Source: an uncultured Solirubrobacteraceae bacterium
GTDB lineage: Bacteria > Actinomycetota > Thermoleophilia > Solirubrobacterales > Solirubrobacteraceae
Reading direction: 5' to 3'
Assembly: GCA_963745635.1 (NCBI GenBank)
Contig: CAVUYF010000013.1
Coordinates: 273,369 to 337,368, forward strand
DNA length: 64,000 bases
Shown here: piece after piece, positions 33,611 through 43,070 of the stretch
Position numbering within the stretch: the first letter of the stretch is position 1
Layout of the letters: every line of letters begins with the position of its first letter
Notes under the pieces: generated by a model
What the model saw: the letters and a program-made list of their open reading frames with translations, nothing else
The model's database searches: none
What the model was told of the DNA's origin: nothing
Program-made: the position numbers and the translations under genes

Positions 33611-35107
33611 TCTTCGCCGTCCTTCGCACCTTTTGAGAGCGGCCCGTTGAAGTTGGGCAGCGTCTGCGTGTCGCACGCCACGTGCGGCTCGTATGGCGGC
33701 TCTTCTGCCGGGTAGGCCGGACTCGTGCCGAGCGGTTCGAGCGGCGAACGCGTCAGTAGAGGCGAGCCTTTGACCTTCGTCCCGAGGATCGAGGTCGGCT
33801 GCGAGCGCAGCGTCTGTACCGCTGTTGCCGATCAGGAACTTCGCGAACGGACCGTTGCCGTCGAAGTTCTGGCCGAGGCTGTCGAGACCCACCAGGCTGT
33901 ACCAGAATTCCTTGTAGTCTTCGACACCGGACGTGCTCGATCCGTCCTGCAGCTTGGTGTTGCCTGCCGGGTAGATCACCTTCGTCAGGCATTTGTTGAA
34001 TTCGCCGGTCGTCTTGTAGAGCGGCGTCTGTTCGGCGGTCAGCTTCGCGAGCGAGGGCAGCGAAGCCTCGAGCCCCTTGGCGACCCCACCGAGTTCGCTC
34101 GGCGACAGCGAGGCCTTCAGCTGTTCGATGTACGGCAGCGCCGCCGTGACGGTCGAGGGGGTGTTCCTGAGGCCAGGAAGGATGTCGTGCGCGAAGGCGC
34201 GCGTCGGCGCGAACGAGGCGTCGAGTCCCTGCAGTCCGCGCTCGGCGCTCGCCAGCGAGCTGGGCAGCTCCGCGACGAGCGTGGTGAGGCTCGAGGACTG
34301 CGCCGCGAGCGCGGCGAAGAAGGTGTTGAAGTTGGGGATCAGTTCGCTGAGGTCCTGCTCGTGAACGTTCAACGCCGCGGTGACCTTGCCGATGCTGGCG
34401 ATCAGCTCGGAGAGATCGTGCGGTTCGGTGCCGGTGATCGCCTGGTTGATGACGGCGCTGCCGCGCAGCGAGGGCGGCCCGTGTTCGTAGGTCTCGTTCA
34501 GCGCCTGCGCGGCGGTCAGGCCCCGCACGACCGGTTCCTGTTCGGCGTTTTCGGCCGCGTCCGGCTCATGCGTCAGCGCTTCGCCGTAGTTGATCAGGAA
34601 GCTCTGGAGGTTGGCGCGCGTGTCGGTGTTCAGCGCATCGAGCACCTGGTCGAGCTGGACGGGGTCGGCCGTCTGGCTGATCGGGATCGTGTATCCGGAG
34701 GAGACCGTCTTCGCGGACGGGGTGCCCGGCTGCAGTTCGAGGAACCAGTTGCCTTCCAGGAACAGGCGCGGGCGGATCTTGAGCGTCGCGTCGGTGTGGA
34801 TCGGCAGACCCTTCGATTCGATTTCCATGCTGACGAGGCCCGTCTTCCCATCGCGCACGATCGAGTTCACCTGACCGACGGTGACGCCCGCGATCCGCAC
34901 CGGCGACTTCGGCTGGATGTCGACGGCCGTCGCGAACTCTGCCTTCAGCCGGAAGCCGTGGGTGAACGGGATGTGTTTCGTGAAGCCGAAGTACACGGCG
35001 ATCGCGAGGATCACGATCAGCACGATCCCGGCGCGCAAGGGGTTGACCCGCTGCAGCTCGCTGACCGGCACGCGGTCCTGGCGGCGCCAAAGGCGCGGGC
35101 GTTTCAT
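33607..35107 (-). CDS. MCE/MlaD family protein 4 (frameshift near 33820)
   Basis: TM, SPVRIAGVTVG, IRPRLFLEGNWFLELQPG. The true C-terminus lies in the shifted frame (..GPLSKGAKDGEE*). Confidence 0.86.
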
Positions 35108-36666
35108 TTGCCCTTCCCCTTGGCCTTCGTCTTGCTCTTGGCTTTCGCCGTGGGCGCCTTCGTAACCCCGAGCGCCTCGAGCGTGGGCGCGGGGTACTTG
35201 TTGCCGAACAGGTCGTCTTCGCGGCGGGTGATTTCGCGGTTGTCCGTGGTGACGGCGCTCGCGGGCAGGTTGCCGATCTCGGACGCTTCTGCATATGGCT
35301 CGTTGCCCGCTTCGCACACGTCGGCCTGACCCGGCCCGGTCACGTTCGGGTACTGGTTGACGTGGAGGTGGTTGTTGTGCGCGTCGGTGTGCTGCAGCGG
35401 CTTCGTGCCGGCGATGGCTTCTTCGGAGGGCCCGTTGGCGGGCGCGGATGACGGATATCCCTCGTTGTTGACCCCTGTGGGCGAGAGTACAACGCTGGCG
35501 CGCGCGACCGTTCCCACGCCGATGCTCTCCGACTCGAGGTTGGCGATGTTGCGGAATGCCAGCGTCAGGTAGTTGCAGTTCGTCTGCGCGGGCGTGATCC
35601 CGGCCAGCAGCGGGTTGCCGATTTCAAGGGTCTGCTGGAAGTCTTCGAGCGCCAGGGTGACGACCGGGTTCTGCCCGAATTCCTCGAGCGCCCTGGAGGA
35701 TTCTGCCAGGCGCGAGTTCAGGGCGGTGGCGGCGGCGAGGTTGACCGCCCCCACGCTGAAGGCGTGCCCGAGCTGCGGAGCGACCGTGCGCAGCGAGCTC
35801 GCGCTGGGCCGCAGCAGGTGCATGAATTCGGTCGCGTCCTCGTAGAACGGCGCCTCGTGCGGGAACGAGTACGTTGCCTGCTGCAGCGACGCGGGGCCGC
35901 CCCTGGTGGCGGCTTCCAGCGACGGCGCGACGCTCGCGAAGGACGTGAAGAACGTGTCGAGGTCGCTGAAGTATTCGGCCTGCTGCTGGGCGACCGGGGC
36001 GCTCTGCGAGGCGACGCGGTCGAGTGCCACGAACAGCTCGTGCAGGCCGGTGGACGGCGCTGCGAGGTTGTGCAGCACAGGGACCGCGTTCGTCACGAGC
36101 GGCCGCAGTTCGGCGATCGTGTTGTTCAGTCCCAGCCCTCGGCCGGCGAGCCCGTCGCCGAAGTTGTTCGTGTTGATCTTGATCGCAGTCCGCGTCTTCT
36201 TGTCGAACATGTTGAAGAGTTCGTCGATTTCCACCGGTTCGCGCGTCTGGTCGATCGGGATCGTCGCGCCCGCCTTCAGCGTCTTGCTCGAAGTGCCCTT
36301 TTCCAGTTCGAGGTACTTCAGCCCGATCGCCGAGACGGACTGGACGATCGCCCTCGTGTCGGCCGGCAGCGGCTCGACACTCTTTTCGAGCTTCAGGTCG
36401 GCGGTCACGGTCACTCGCCCCGTGCGCGGGTTCTCGTGCGGGGAGAGCGACCCGACGATTCCGACTCTCGTACCCGCGATCCGCACCTGGTTGGCGGGCT
36501 GCAGCCCGGATGCTTGCGGGAGTGTGACCTTGACGTTGTAGGTCGGCACGAACGGCAGCCCGTTGTTGGCGTTGTAGGAGAGATACACGGCGACGACGAC
36601 GATCAGCGTCGTGATCGCCCCGACGAGCAGCGGGCTGGCCGCGATCGAGCTGCGCCGGCGATTCAC
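35104..36666 (-). CDS. MCE/MlaD family protein 3
   Basis: TM, NQVRIAGTRVG, SAIGLKYLEL, helical region, Lys-rich tail. GTGA overlap. Confidence 0.9.
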   Translation of the reverse strand: MNRRRSSIAASPLLVGAITTLIVVVAVYLSYNANNGLPFVPTYNVKVTLPQASGLQPANQVRIAGTRVGIVGSLSPHENPRTGRVTVTADLKLEKSVEPLPADTRAIVQSVSAIGLKYLELEKGTSSKTLKAGATIPIDQTREPVEIDELFNMFDKKTRTAIKINTNNFGDGLAGRGLGLNNTIAELRPLVTNAVPVLHNLAAPSTGLHELFVALDRVASQSAPVAQQQAEYFSDLDTFFTSFASVAPSLEAATRGGPASLQQATYSFPHEAPFYEDATEFMHLLRPSASSLRTVAPQLGHAFSVGAVNLAAATALNSRLAESSRALEEFGQNPVVTLALEDFQQTLEIGNPLLAGITPAQTNCNYLTLAFRNIANLESESIGVGTVARASVVLSPTGVNNEGYPSSAPANGPSEEAIAGTKPLQHTDAHNNHLHVNQYPNVTGPGQADVCEAGNEPYAEASEIGNLPASAVTTDNREITRREDDLFGNKYPAPTLEALGVTKAPTAKAKSKTKAKGKGK

Positions 36667-38078
36667 GGGGTCTCCGATGGGTCGCAACTGAGCAGTTCGC
36701 CGTCGACGAACGGCGACGATCCGTCCGCTGCCGGCGTTGTCGCGGCGCCGGGACAACGGCGCAGCTGGCCGCTTTTGAGGCCTTCCAGCGCGGCTGTCGG
36801 GCTCGAGGCTGGGGTCAGGTTGTTGTTTGCGCCGAGCTTGAAGTCGGGCAGGATCGGGCTCGCGCGCAGGTAGTGGCCGTCAGCGTCGTAGTAGGCGGTC
36901 GTCTGCCCGAAGCTGCGCAGCGTGCCCGCGAGGTCGGGTGCGTAGGGGCCGAAGAAGGCGGTGATCGGCACCGATTCCTTCAGCGCGGTGACGCTCGCCG
37001 GCGAGGTGCTCTCGAGCTGCTTGGCGAGCGCCGGCAGCGCTCGCACGAGGTCCGTGAGGTCGTTGTCGGCCCCCGGGCGGCTGAACGCGAGGCTGAAGTC
37101 GTGGACGGCGGGCGTGGCCGTGTTCAGCAGTGGGCGCAGCCGTTCGAGCAACTTCGTCAGCGGCTTGGTCGTGGGCCGCGAGGTTTCGACCAGCTGCGTG
37201 AGCGCGGCGAGCGTTGTCGGTAGTTCGGCGAACGTGCGGTTGCCCTGTTCCAGCGTCACCGGCAGCTGTTTGATCCCGCGCGCGAGCTGGCTCTGCTCGG
37301 AGCCGATCGCCCCGAACGCCTTGTTCTGGTTTTCGATCAGGTCGGCGAGCGATTCCTTGCGCGCGCCGATCGTCGTCACGGCCTTGGCTGTTTCCACCAG
37401 GAAGCTCGTGAAGGTCGGCTCTTCGCGGACCAACTCTGAGAAGAAGTGGTTCGTCGAGGTCAGGAAGGCGGGGAAGAGTTCCGTCGATTCCCCGAGCGTC
37501 TTGCTCTGCCCGACGTACTGTTCGGCGGTTCCCTGGATGAAGCCCTGCAGGCCCTTGCGCGTCTTCGGGTTGAGCGTGTCGAACAGCTGGTCGAGGTCGG
37601 TGACTTCGCGTGTCGCGCTCGCGGGCAGCGTCGCGCCGGTGGGCAGCGACGGGTTGCTGTTGGGCCCCGGGCTGAGCGCGATGTAGCGGTTGGCGACGGT
37701 CGTCAGCGAGGGCACCCGCACCTGGGCGAAGGTTCCCTGATGCAGCGGCACCAGCCCGCCTTCGATGTGGATCGTGATCATGGCTTTGAAGTCGTGGGTG
37801 AGTTCGATGTTCGTGACCGTCCCCACCGGCACGCCGCCGACCTGCACCTGGTCGCCGCGGACGAGCTGGTCGGCTTCCTTGAATTCGAGGCGATAGGTCG
37901 CGCCGCCGCCGGCGAACACGATGTAGGCCACGATCAGGACGACGAGCGCGAGCGCCGCCACCGCGAGGATGCGAACTGGGCCCACCGAGGAGGAACGCAC
38001 GCGCGGCGCCGGCCCCGACGGGCTCGGCGGAGGAGGCGGCGGCGGGGCGGGCGGGCTCGGAGGGCTAGTCGTTGCCAC
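36663..38078 (-). CDS. MCE/MlaD family protein 2
   Basis: Pro-rich N-terminus, TM, GDQVQVGGVPVG, ANRYIALSPG. Confidence 0.9.
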   Translation of the reverse strand: MATTSPPSPPAPPPPPPPSPSGPAPRVRSSSVGPVRILAVAALALVVLIVAYIVFAGGGATYRLEFKEADQLVRGDQVQVGGVPVGTVTNIELTHDFKAMITIHIEGGLVPLHQGTFAQVRVPSLTTVANRYIALSPGPNSNPSLPTGATLPASATREVTDLDQLFDTLNPKTRKGLQGFIQGTAEQYVGQSKTLGESTELFPAFLTSTNHFFSELVREEPTFTSFLVETAKAVTTIGARKESLADLIENQNKAFGAIGSEQSQLARGIKQLPVTLEQGNRTFAELPTTLAALTQLVETSRPTTKPLTKLLERLRPLLNTATPAVHDFSLAFSRPGADNDLTDLVRALPALAKQLESTSPASVTALKESVPITAFFGPYAPDLAGTLRSFGQTTAYYDADGHYLRASPILPDFKLGANNNLTPASSPTAALEGLKSGQLRRCPGAATTPAADGSSPFVDGELLSCDPSETP

Positions 38079-40362
38079 CGGTGCCTCCTTCCGCGCTCGC
38101 GCCGGATTCGCCGGCGGCGTCGGGGATGGCCGCGCTCGAGTGCCCGCTGGGGACCGTCGGGTCGGGAATCTCGCCCAGCCGGTCGACGAGCTCGATCCAC
38201 TCGCTGGGCGTGAGCCCGGAGTCGAACAGGCTCGCGGCGTGCCCGGCCTTGCCGGCGGGCGCGGCGAACGACACGCGGATCGCGTTCGTGGCGCTCGGGT
38301 TGGCGAACGCGGCGGCTGCTCCCGGGTAGCTCATCAGGCTGACGATCCGCCGAGGCCTGGAGAGGCCCTGGAGCATCAGCAGCTTGCGCACGGTCTCATC
38401 GGCGATCGTGCCCTGCCCCTGATGGCCCTCGATCGGGACGCCGTTGACCGCGGTGATGCTCACGGACTCGCCGCTGTCGTCCGCCGGAGCGTTGGCCGCG
38501 AGCGCAGCCGGAGTCGAGCTCGCGCACGGCAGACCGGAGACCGTCGGCTTCAGGCCGGAGACCGCGAGGTACTCGAGCATCGCGAGCACGCGCTCCTGGA
38601 CGCGCCCCCCCTGCACGTCCTGGCGCGCGCACGTCCCGAGCGCGATGCCGCTCCCGTGCAGCACCTGCGGCTCGAGCTGCTGCTTGGACTCCAACAGCAC
38701 CTGACCGACCGTCGGCGAGGTCGCCAGGAACGGGTTCTCGCCCTTGGCTCTGAAGATCGATGTGTCTTCAAGGGCGACCCACCCGTCCAGGATCGGCTTG
38801 GGATCGATCAGCGGCGCGCCGAGCCCGGCGGGACGGATCTGGAAGAGGATGTGCGGCGCGCCTTCGCCGGACACCTCGCCGGCGGTGGCGCCCGCGCCGA
38901 CGTGACCGAGGACGGTGCCCTCGATCACCTGAACGCCGGGGACGAGCTGGTGCAGGTAGACCTCGTTGGCACCGGCGCTGAAGGACCGCAGCCGCGCAGG
39001 CGCCTTGGCCTTCGCCGGCGTCGCGCCGGATGACGGCACGGCCGGCGCCGCAGGGCTCGGCTGCGCTTCCAGACCCGCCGCCGCTCCGAGCGCCAAGCCG
39101 GAGATGGCGGCGCCCTCGGACAGCGGCGAGCGCGGCTGCGCCCCCGCCGTGGCGGGCCCGCCCGGCGCCGGTTCGGCCTTCGCTCGGCTCCCCCCCGCGC
39201 CCTCGAGCCGCTTGCTGACGCGAGTGTGGACGCGTGGCTCGAGCACCGGGTACACCGAAGCCACTTCGCCGAGCTGCGCGTACACGTAGGTGTTGCCGTA
39301 GGCGTCGCGTAGCGCGACGAAGTGCCCGAGCGAGGGCGAGTCGCCGACCTGCACGACTTCGCCGTCCTGGACGGCGATCACGGGCGCCCCCGCCTGCGAG
39401 TAGATCGTCGTTCCCACGAGCGTCTTTGCCGGCCCCGAGGCGGCGGACACGGTGGGGAACCCGTCGCTGAAGTGCGAGGCGGCGTAGACGGGGAAGCGCG
39501 CCTCGGTCAGGCCGGTGATCGCGCCGAGCAGTTCCGAGGGCGTGCCGCCGAGCAGCTGGGCGCGCAGCATCACCGATTCGACGTAGGCCTGCGAGTGGTT
39601 GTAGGAGTAGACGGCGGCCTTGATGTCCGTGTCGCCGCCCGCGGCCCGCAGGTACCTGGCCGCCGCGAAGATCGCGTCGGCTGGGTTGTAGGGGTCCTTC
39701 CAGCCGTCGCCGTTGGCATCGACCCCGTACTGGGCCCACTCGGAGGGCAGGAACTGCATCCAGCCCTCGGCGCCGGCGCTGGAGACGCTGAGGTCGCGAC
39801 CGTAGTCGGTCTCCACCTCGTCGATCGCGGCCAGCACCTGCCACGGGACCCCGTACGCCGTTCCGGCGGCCTGGAAGATCGGCAGCAGGAAGGGCGGGAT
39901 CTGGAAGCTTTCGATGAAGAAGCTGGGAACGCCGGCGATCGAGGAGCTCAGGTCGAGCGGCAGCGGCGGCGTCAGCGTCGAGGGCGCTGGCGCCAGTGCC
40001 TTCTGCTTGGCGCGCACGCCGCCTTCGGTGAGCCCTTCGCCGGCTGCAGCTCCGCCGGTCCCTGACTTCGAGCTCTTCGGCTTCGTCTGCGACTTGGGCT
40101 CGACCGCCGGGACTCCCCCGCTCGCGCCCTGGCTGTGCTGCGCCTGAACTTCCGGCGCCACGACTTCCGGAGCAGGCACGGTCACCGTCTGCTGCGGCGT
40201 CGCTTCGCTCACTTCGGGCGCCGAGCTCGCGGTGGTGGTGGTCGTGGTCGTGGTGCCTGTCGTACTCGTCGCTTCGCCTGCAAGGCTGGCAGCCGGAACG
40301 CTGAGCGCCAGCAGTGCCAATGCGGGTATCACCAGACGGACGGGTAGCGTTCGCGGGCTCAT
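38065..40362 (-). CDS. Secreted lytic murein transglycosylase fused to a degenerate M23/LytM-like domain
   Basis: Signal peptide, Thr/Pro linker, VPWQVLAAIDEVETDYG..SSAGAEGWMQF...AIFAAARYL..YNHS (SLT), then APVIAVQDGEV...YVYAQL...PHILFQIR...IDP (M23 fold). Confidence 0.85.
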   Translation of the reverse strand: MSPRTLPVRLVIPALALLALSVPAASLAGEATSTTGTTTTTTTTASSAPEVSEATPQQTVTVPAPEVVAPEVQAQHSQGASGGVPAVEPKSQTKPKSSKSGTGGAAAGEGLTEGGVRAKQKALAPAPSTLTPPLPLDLSSSIAGVPSFFIESFQIPPFLLPIFQAAGTAYGVPWQVLAAIDEVETDYGRDLSVSSAGAEGWMQFLPSEWAQYGVDANGDGWKDPYNPADAIFAAARYLRAAGGDTDIKAAVYSYNHSQAYVESVMLRAQLLGGTPSELLGAITGLTEARFPVYAASHFSDGFPTVSAASGPAKTLVGTTIYSQAGAPVIAVQDGEVVQVGDSPSLGHFVALRDAYGNTYVYAQLGEVASVYPVLEPRVHTRVSKRLEGAGGSRAKAEPAPGGPATAGAQPRSPLSEGAAISGLALGAAAGLEAQPSPAAPAVPSSGATPAKAKAPARLRSFSAGANEVYLHQLVPGVQVIEGTVLGHVGAGATAGEVSGEGAPHILFQIRPAGLGAPLIDPKPILDGWVALEDTSIFRAKGENPFLATSPTVGQVLLESKQQLEPQVLHGSGIALGTCARQDVQGGRVQERVLAMLEYLAVSGLKPTVSGLPCASSTPAALAANAPADDSGESVSITAVNGVPIEGHQGQGTIADETVRKLLMLQGLSRPRRIVSLMSYPGAAAAFANPSATNAIRVSFAAPAGKAGHAASLFDSGLTPSEWIELVDRLGEIPDPTVPSGHSSAAIPDAAGESGASAEGGTGGND

Positions 40363-40366
40363 CGCG

Positions 40367-41941
40367 TCATTCGTTCCCGAGCAGGTAGTTGAGGAGCATC
40401 CCGCCGGCTTCGCTGTCGGCGCTGGAGGGCGTGTAGTACGTGGTTCCCGCGGTCGAGCCGCCGACCGGCTGTGCGGTCGTCTTGGTGGAGCCCCCGGTCG
40501 AGAGCGATGCGAGTTCGGTGGTCGTCGGCGCGGAGCCCGGGTATTTGGCGAGCGCCTGCGCCGGCGTGGCGCCTTTGATGACCGCGAGCGTCCTGGCCAT
40601 CACGAGCCCCATCGTGCTCGAGCTGTTGCTGGACGCTGCGCTCGCCGACGCTTCGGTTCCGCTGCTGCTGCTGCTGAAGAATTTGCCCCGGCAGCCCACA
40701 GACGCCGAAGGAGTCACCGCGTAGGTGAGGCAATTGTCGGCGACGGCTTCCGCTCGGAGGAAGTGCCCCAGCGCGTCATATCCGTTGGACGCGCCCGCGC
40801 CCGTGAAGATGAAGTCGAGGATGCGCTCGAGCCCACCTGTGTTGCGCACGCTTTCCAGCAGGCTCGCGAAGTTGCTCGAAAACGGCACGGCGGCGCCACC
40901 GAGCGTTTTCAGGCGTTTGAGCAACGGCTTGGTGGCGACGAGTGCTGGACCCGACACCTTGGACGTCTTGCCGAGGTTCACGAGGAACTTTTCCGTGCTC
41001 TTGGAGAACGCGGGCAGGCTGGTGAACGTCTTGTTGATCCCGGGGGCTGCCGCTTTCAGGTCGGTGAACGTGGGCGTCGTCTGTTCTGCGAAGCGCTGGA
41101 TGCGTTCCATCGCGGGTCCGAGCTGCTCGAGGAACGGCGGGAAGTCCTTGAGGTTCTGCGCGAGCGAACCGCGCGTGGCGGCGCTGGCCTGCGCGACGGT
41201 GTTGGCCTGCTCGATGAAGTCGGCGACACGCCCGCTGACTTTCGCCAGCGGGGCCAGCGCCTTGTCGGAGTCGACGGCCAGTTTGGCAAGGACGTGGTTC
41301 TCGCTCGCGAGGATCCCGAGCACCTTGTCGAGTTCCTGCAGGGCGGGGTTGGCGCGCTTGATCACTTCGCTGAGATCGCTGCCGCGCCCCGCGAGACCCG
41401 CGCCGAGTTCGTTGAGGATGATCGTGAAGCGCTGGCGTTCGGGCAGCCGCTGGATGTCTCCAAGTAGGTCGACGTCAACGGGGCTCGAGGTGTTCTGCAC
41501 CGGCAGCAGGTAGTCGCCCGCGCCTTCCCGGCCGCGGGGGATCTTCTTCAGCGGCGGCGGCGGTTCGGTGCCTTCGACGCGCGGCTGCGTGGGTAGGCAG
41601 TCGACGTACTTCTCCCCGATCAGCGACTGCGGCTGGATCGTGCACGTGGCGTCCGAGCGAAAGTTCTTGAAGCCGGGGTTGGTGATGTCCAGGATCACGG
41701 CCGCCTTCGCCTGGGGCGTGGGCGTCACCGACCCGACGGTGCCGACGGTCACACCGTCGACCTTGACGTTCTCCCCGGAGATCAGGAAGCCGGCGTCGTC
41801 GAAGATGGCGCGGATCGTATACGTGCCGTTGGTGCCGCCCGCGGCGGTCGCCAGCAGCACGATCGCCGCGACCGCGACGACGCACGCGGCGCCTGCGATG
41901 CCGGCCGCCAATCTCCTCCTCCCCGCGCTCTGCGTCCTCAA
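40367..41941 (-). CDS. MCE/MlaD family protein 1
   Basis: TM, GENVKVDGVTVG, QSLIGEKYVDC, helical region, Ser/Thr-rich tail ending LLNYLLG. Confidence 0.9.
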   Translation of the reverse strand: MRTQSAGRRRLAAGIAGAACVVAVAAIVLLATAAGGTNGTYTIRAIFDDAGFLISGENVKVDGVTVGTVGSVTPTPQAKAAVILDITNPGFKNFRSDATCTIQPQSLIGEKYVDCLPTQPRVEGTEPPPPLKKIPRGREGAGDYLLPVQNTSSPVDVDLLGDIQRLPERQRFTIILNELGAGLAGRGSDLSEVIKRANPALQELDKVLGILASENHVLAKLAVDSDKALAPLAKVSGRVADFIEQANTVAQASAATRGSLAQNLKDFPPFLEQLGPAMERIQRFAEQTTPTFTDLKAAAPGINKTFTSLPAFSKSTEKFLVNLGKTSKVSGPALVATKPLLKRLKTLGGAAVPFSSNFASLLESVRNTGGLERILDFIFTGAGASNGYDALGHFLRAEAVADNCLTYAVTPSASVGCRGKFFSSSSSGTEASASAASSNSSSTMGLVMARTLAVIKGATPAQALAKYPGSAPTTTELASLSTGGSTKTTAQPVGGSTAGTTYYTPSSADSEAGGMLLNYLLGNE

Positions 41942-42023
41942 CCCGATCCTTCCTTGCGTTTACAGCGCGCGGGCGACCCCACCATCCGCAGTGAGGCCGC
42001 CCACCCAGCCTTTACCCGTGGTC

Positions 42024-42051
42024 GAGCTTACGCCCTCGCGGGCGCAAACCC
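42024..42051 (-). terminator. GNRA-capped stem-loop after the secreted-protein gene (partial terminator or stabiliser)
   Basis: GGGUUUGCGCCC-GCGA-GGGCGUAAGCUC forms a 12-bp stem whose three G-U wobbles pair only on the minus strand. No U-tract. Confidence 0.6.
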
Positions 42052-42062
42052 TCCCATATCCT

Positions 42063-42839
42063 TTACTTCTTGGGGCACGGTGCTTTGTATGTTGCGTCCA
42101 CCGTCTCCGGTTTCGAGGTTTCCCCGTTTTCGGCGAAGATCACTTCGGTCTTGATCGGGAAGCCGCCCGCCGGGCACTTCGTGGGAACGCGGCCGTAGTA
42201 GATCGTTTTGCCGTGTGACTTGTATGCCGAGCCGGCCTTGACCTTGATCGTCGTGACCGACGCGTAGGGCGCGCCGGGCACGCTGGCGACGAGCGGAATT
42301 TCGGTGATCAGCTCGGGGCCGTAGCCACCGCCGCCGCCGAGGTTCACGTAGTGGCCGTTGGAGAGGATTTCCAGCGACACGGGCGAGTGGCCGTCGCTGA
42401 AGAACTCGATGCCACCGCCGGGCGCGTAGAACGAGGAGATTTCAAGGCTCTCTTCAACGCGTTCGCCACCGAACGTCACGAAGCCCGTCGCCGAACCGAC
42501 CGGGCCGGCCGCCGAGCCCTTCGAGCACTTGACGGGGCCGAACTGTTCGAGCGTCGCCTTCGAGCACGTGGGGAAGCCGCTCGTGTGCAGCTTCGAGCCG
42601 CTGGGCAGGAAGAAGTTGACGCCGATCAGCGGCGGCGGCGAGTTGTCGTATTCGGTCCCCGAGATTTTGTATTCGGCCTGGAGCGCCGTGCCGGCGCCAA
42701 GGATGTTGCCGGTGTGCGGGAAGCCCGGTATCGGCACGGCCTCCGCTTTGAAGCTGACCGTCGGCGACGCCGAGGCGATGCCGGGCAGCGCCAGCAGCGC
42801 GACGCCCAGGACGGCAAGACAGGTGGATGCTCTGCGCAT
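42063..42839 (-). CDS. Secreted hypothetical protein (258 aa) heading the MCE operon
   Basis: Signal peptide ending ASA, GAGGAGG RBS, four Cys in the mature chain, beta-rich pattern. Confidence 0.8.
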   Translation of the reverse strand: MRRASTCLAVLGVALLALPGIASASPTVSFKAEAVPIPGFPHTGNILGAGTALQAEYKISGTEYDNSPPPLIGVNFFLPSGSKLHTSGFPTCSKATLEQFGPVKCSKGSAAGPVGSATGFVTFGGERVEESLEISSFYAPGGGIEFFSDGHSPVSLEILSNGHYVNLGGGGGYGPELITEIPLVASVPGAPYASVTTIKVKAGSAYKSHGKTIYYGRVPTKCPAGGFPIKTEVIFAENGETSKPETVDATYKAPCPKK

Positions 42840-42964
42840 CAGTTTTCCCTCCTCATTTGATGACAGGTCCGCCTCGATCCAGGTAGCTCCGGAGCCATGC
42901 CGGTCCGGCGACATCGAGATCCCCGACGGGGTGCGACGGGGAACAGGGCGACTTTCTCGCGCAA

Positions 42965-42993
42965 ACCTTACCCAGCCAGCCGGGCGCGTTCAA
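42965..42993 (-). promoter_or_regulatory. Sigma-A-type promoter TTGAAC-N17-TAAGGT
   Basis: -35 at 42993-42988 and -10 at 42970-42965, implying a 5' leader of about 120 nt. Confidence 0.6.
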
Positions 42994-43070
42994 GCTGGAG
43001 CAATTTCGCGGGTGCAACGGGGCGGGTGCTGACACACGTCTGCGAGTCAGGGTAACGCTCGACTTTAGGG

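Noticed and set aside
32108-35317. 1069-aa double-MCE protein
   Set aside because: A frameshift near 33820 joins MCE4 to MCE5. An ATGA stop/start overlap at 33607-33610 marks two separate genes.
42840-42960. Known riboswitch in the MCE-operon leader
   Set aside because: Hairpins and a GAAA loop are present, but there is no match to c-di-GMP, c-di-AMP, SAM, TPP or cobalamin consensus. Kept only as a structured leader.
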